Below, one piece after another: positions 59,782-64,000 of a stretch of 64,000 nt of DNA; the stretch's first letter is position 1, and the number at the start of each line of letters is the position of its first letter. Made by a program: the position numbers and the translations under genes. The notes beneath the pieces are model-generated. The model did no database searches. It had not been told where the DNA came from and worked only from the letters and a program-made list of their open reading frames with translations. The DNA comes from Phoronis australis (Eukaryota > Animalia > Phoronida): the NCBI GenBank assembly GCA_002633005.1, contig NMRA01000079.1, positions 981,148 to 1,045,147 on the forward strand, in the 5' to 3' direction.

Positions 59782-62700
59782 NTCTCCCTCGTGTAACGAC
59801 TACACCCCTAAGTTGTCTAAATCTGAATTACAGTAGGTTTCTCCCACGGAAAGTGGATTCCGCTGTAAAACGATTTTGAAACAGTGATGATGGTGGTCTC
59901 ATTTACGTTTGCATGTAGCAGCGTTATACCTTCCGAGCAACAAGACGAACCGATATTATGAATAAGAATCGTCAAAATGACGTGACCTTATTCGTTTCAA
60001 ACTCTAGAAAATCGATGATTTGTTCAACCTACTCCACATCTCGTTGTTTTACCGCGTAAGAATATCAGTTTTGCTACTTAGTCACTGCGCTTCTGTATCC
60101 CTGCGCGGGCGTATGTGTACTCAACGCTCGCGCATGTTTAAAAGCACGTCACACCCACGTAGGAGATGACTGGTCCCACTGGAGAGCCACCGCGTGGTGT
60201 TGAATCCATCAAGCGCTAAAAGAAATTGAGGTAAGGTACTTCACGCAGATAAGAGTGATCGATTTGAATACAATTGGCAACGTAAAAGATGCCTTTTCCG
60301 CCAAAATGCACGTTGGTGTGAAAGGACAATTCCCTCATTTAATGTGTAGGCTACGAAAACGATACGTACATGTCATATTTAGTAACGCTTTAAAAGGCAA
60401 TGTCCAGTTCTCACTGGGTTTTGCATGACGGTGCATAGGTGAAGAGTCGTTGTCTTCCTCTCACAATGTTGAAAGCTGTAAGAACAAAATGAAACTGTGA
60501 GTCTTTAAACAAAAAGAGCACTACTATACACATGTATGACTATAAAAATTGATTCCGTCCCATATTTGAGACTCTTCCATTTCCACCGACAGAGGAAGCG
60601 ATGCTCCGAATATAGGTGGAAAAATATATTGACATTTTGAGTCCAACACCTACTGACTTCACCAGTAGGGTATAAATACAATGTTCTTGATCCAAATCGC
60701 ATTTTGAAAAACTGTGATCAAGAAGTGCTGCCATCCAGCTAGAATTTCAATTAGGGTTTGTCTGAGGACTTTCTAGAATCACAGAAAATTCTTTAATAGC
60801 TTCGCAGAAATTTAACAATGCTATGAAGGGCAGCCATTTCGAAGAAACGTTTATCCACAATCAAACTTTTTATCATTCTCAGCTTGTTCATAAATAAAAT
60901 AAAACGCGACGATACGCTGGTCCTTTTAATGATGCCTACATCGGAACTGCTGCAAACCTGCCTTTCCCATTTTTAGACGGGAAATTGGCATCTGCTAGAG
61001 TTCAAAAGTACGTTGCCTGCTTAGTGATAAGGAAACGTTGTGTTGTCCTTTTAAAACCGAAATACATATAATGTCTTCACTTGTGGTGATCATCAGTTCT
61101 GTCCGTCTGCCCAATTTCCTTTGCACGACCCTTTGTCGTGTCAGCACGCTATCTCCTCGTCTAGAGATCAGCTCTTCCCCGTTCCACTGACAGGATTACG
61201 AGCCACCGACTGACCATTGTTTCCCGTAAGGCTACGTGTGTACATGTACATACGGATCAGTATAACAGCCTCCTTCGGAGTGGAGACGGACTGGTGTGCA
61301 AACGAGTGAAGATGTCGCGCCTCAAAATCACCTAATAATTACTTGTGTCAGCTCTTCATATCACTGAGTAGCAGTACTTTTTATTTAAGAATAGCGAAAT
61401 ATTTTAACAGTGATAAAATGACTTATGAATATGGAGCACTGTGGGAAGACCCAGCAGGATCAGAGTTTGGTTATGTTATTTCCAGAAACTTTGCGTGCAT
61501 GTTGATGTACATGCACAACGACCTTTGTCTCTTCGGTAAGATAATCTTAGGAAACTTTTCAAACATTTATTGAGAATTTACTATTTGGCAATACAATACA
61601 TTGTATCGTCGTGGCAAAGACATGAAACAATTAACATGAGTCCCACACCAGCACCCAAAATGATCACACAGTCATCTGTTTACAAAAAAAGTTCCAAATT
61701 TAACCCATTTTTTGTTAAAGTTTGAAATATTTGAGTTTTTATTGGCTATATACTTCCCAGAATTTTAGTACTCACTGACGATATTTAAAATGATGTTAAC
61801 ACAGAAAATTTTAGCCTTTACTAGAATTTAACATGAATTGTTTTTCCAAAAGTAATAACGTGTCAGGTAGAAATTATAGTTTGTTAGCTTTACCAAAGAT
61901 TACTTTTTGAAAGAGATAAAGCCAACATGGCGACCAGCACACTTATCAATAAACTGCCACAACGGGACACCACAGTAGTCAAACTGTCCAAAATCGCCAA
62001 CAATATTTTTCCCTCTAGGAACGCATTTACTATTTTCTTAAGAGTGCATTGGCTGAATAAGAGCTGAACGCCAAGGCAGACTAAACTATAAACATGGCCA
62101 CGTTTCATGTCTTTTTCCCACGTAAGAAGATAAGGTCAATTTTCACAATGATTTAAAGAGTTGTTTGGCCAACAGAGAAGGGAGGCCAAAAAACAGACTC
62201 AAAAATGAGAAAAATGACTACTAGGTCGCGTACACTACAGTTGTACGTCAAATTCATCTGAAACCAAACACGATATCCTCATCTCTCATAGAAATATATG
62301 TGCCACATTGAATAAAAATCCCTCCCGGAACTCAAAAGATCTACACAAAAAGGAAAAAAATAAAGTTGCCTCTAGTGAGCACATCGCCTGTAAATACGTC
62401 TGAATGTCTTCGTCACATGATGTCATACAGTTTTTAAAAGTACACTTGTCAAATTTAACAACGATCCTGCTTAGGGCTTGGAAGACATTATGTGCAAATT
62501 TTCTTGAAAGTATACATATACATGTATTAAGGGGTTTTGGAGATACAACAGCGGACGCCAGACTGACAGACGGAAAGAAATGACGGTATCATACGTCCAC
62601 AAATTTTATACGTGGATGAGTAAATATTTATTTTCTCTAAGGTTTTATTTTACTTACTGTTCTGCCACTGTTCGCAAATTTCTTTAGCAATGGCCAGATT

Positions 62701-63357
62701 TTTTATACTCGCATGTGCAATTTAATCCAGTATACACTATCCCAAACTCAACGGTTTCAATTAGCAAACATATTACAGCACCAAAAGTTTTAATAATCCA
62801 GTGCCAAGTTACTCGAAACCGTAAGGGACGCAATGACTGCATCAAACATCTAATCCACTGTTTCGGCCACTGTCTAATTTGATTTCCGTACACTGTACAC
62901 TAAGCGCAGCGCATTGATTCAGCAGTAACAGAGCAGGCATACCTAATAAAATACAATCAAATCTAGTCCGTAATCCGTGGCAAATCCGTGTGTTATTATC
63001 TGAAACAGAGGAGGAATTTAATAGCTGGATTATTGGTTTTGTAATTAAGCGTGCCATTATTAGCAATAAGGTTTCTCGAGATTGTTTAATGTGTGTTCTC
63101 AGTTAGGTTGTGTTGGACATTGCCAACAGGGCTTTAGAGTTAGCCAAATATGTATAATTCAGCTCAGAAAAAGTATAAATTTTCTACAATGGACATTTGT
63201 TTTGTTTTGTTTTGATTCCAATCTATCATCAATTAGTTCACGTGACCATGCTATTTAGTACAATTTAGAAAAAAAAAGAAAGGCACGTTCATAGAAAGGC
63301 AAAAACAACAGCAGCATAAAAAACAATTTTGCAGCTTTCAGAGCTACATACGTGAGT

Positions 63358-63418
63358 ACGTGCGTGCGTGCGTGCGTGCGTGGATGCGTGATTGTTTGTG
63401 TACCACTGCGTGCGTGTG
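63358..63418. repeat. (GCGT)n microsatellite
   Basis: Direct inspection. Confidence 0.8.
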
Positions 63419-64000
63419 TTTATATAATCGCTAGATATCCAAAGGTAAAAACTGCTTCAATCAGGATTGCCGTACAATGCGAAATATTAACATTAACAAG
63501 TAAGGAATAGACATTTTGAGACAGCATTTATTTAATGCTCATACATATACATATACATATGACATTCAATTACACGACTAGCACATGCAATCATAGATAT
63601 ATGTACTTTAATACATAAACATACATATAAATGAAACTGATACTCTACTAAAATATATAAATGAGTACGTAAGAGTTCCATGTGAATACGACCAGCCAGT
63701 ATTCAACTTGATGTTCGAAATCGGCCAGCACTGGAAAGTTTAGGGTCCTAGATAAGCCTCGAAACAAATGTACCTAGCGAATGGAACACTGAAAGTTGGA
63801 ACATGGTCAAAGAAAAGTCAAGAAATATCAATAATGTAGAAGCTAAAAGTGTTGATATAAACATCAAGGCAGCATCAGATGTAGGCGGCGCAATTGAATA
63901 GTTTGATGAGTACCGCTTGTACATTTCAAAACGAGGGGGTTGTGGGAAATGATTCGTAGAGTGAACCTTTATTAATATTCATATTTAATGATACTAGCAT

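Noticed and set aside
62659-62999. Minus-strand segment bounded by tttcag and gtaagt
   Set aside because: Stops in the frames examined; could be a non-coding exon but unsupported.

Overview
Eukaryotic, intron-rich, AT-rich DNA, probably from a polymorphic invertebrate (inference from the repeat content). Most ORF-track entries are noise, so I read the splice sites by hand. (1) The last three coding exons of an SLC22/MFS organic-ion transporter lie at 1528-3633 (+). (2) A ~53-kb, 25-exon, fully phase-compatible gene model lies at 5518-58088 (+) and encodes ~1,270 aa. Its architecture is signal peptide - reprolysin/ADAMTS-type M12B-like domain 1 - M12B-like domain 2 - ADAMTS Cys-rich (disintegrin-like) - CUB - M12B-like domain 3 - Cys-rich - CUB - GPI-signal-like tail. 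All three metalloprotease-like domains have lost the HExxHxxGxxH zinc motif (MAMAK, SAMAA, HDIGR), so it looks like a multi-pseudoprotease surface or secreted protein. (3) An ~8 kb / ~6.3 kb near-identical duplication across an N gap (30091-38214 vs 38216-~44553) is probably two haplotypes. Comparing the copies shows an amino-acid-change cluster around the vestigial active site, TE presence/absence differences, and repeated TA->TACATGTA insertions that look like Tc1/mariner excision footprints. Introns carry Kolobok-, Harbinger-, Tc1/mariner-, P/hAT-like, THAP, LINE and LTR-like remnants. All domain and TE assignments are by motif recognition; no database search was possible.
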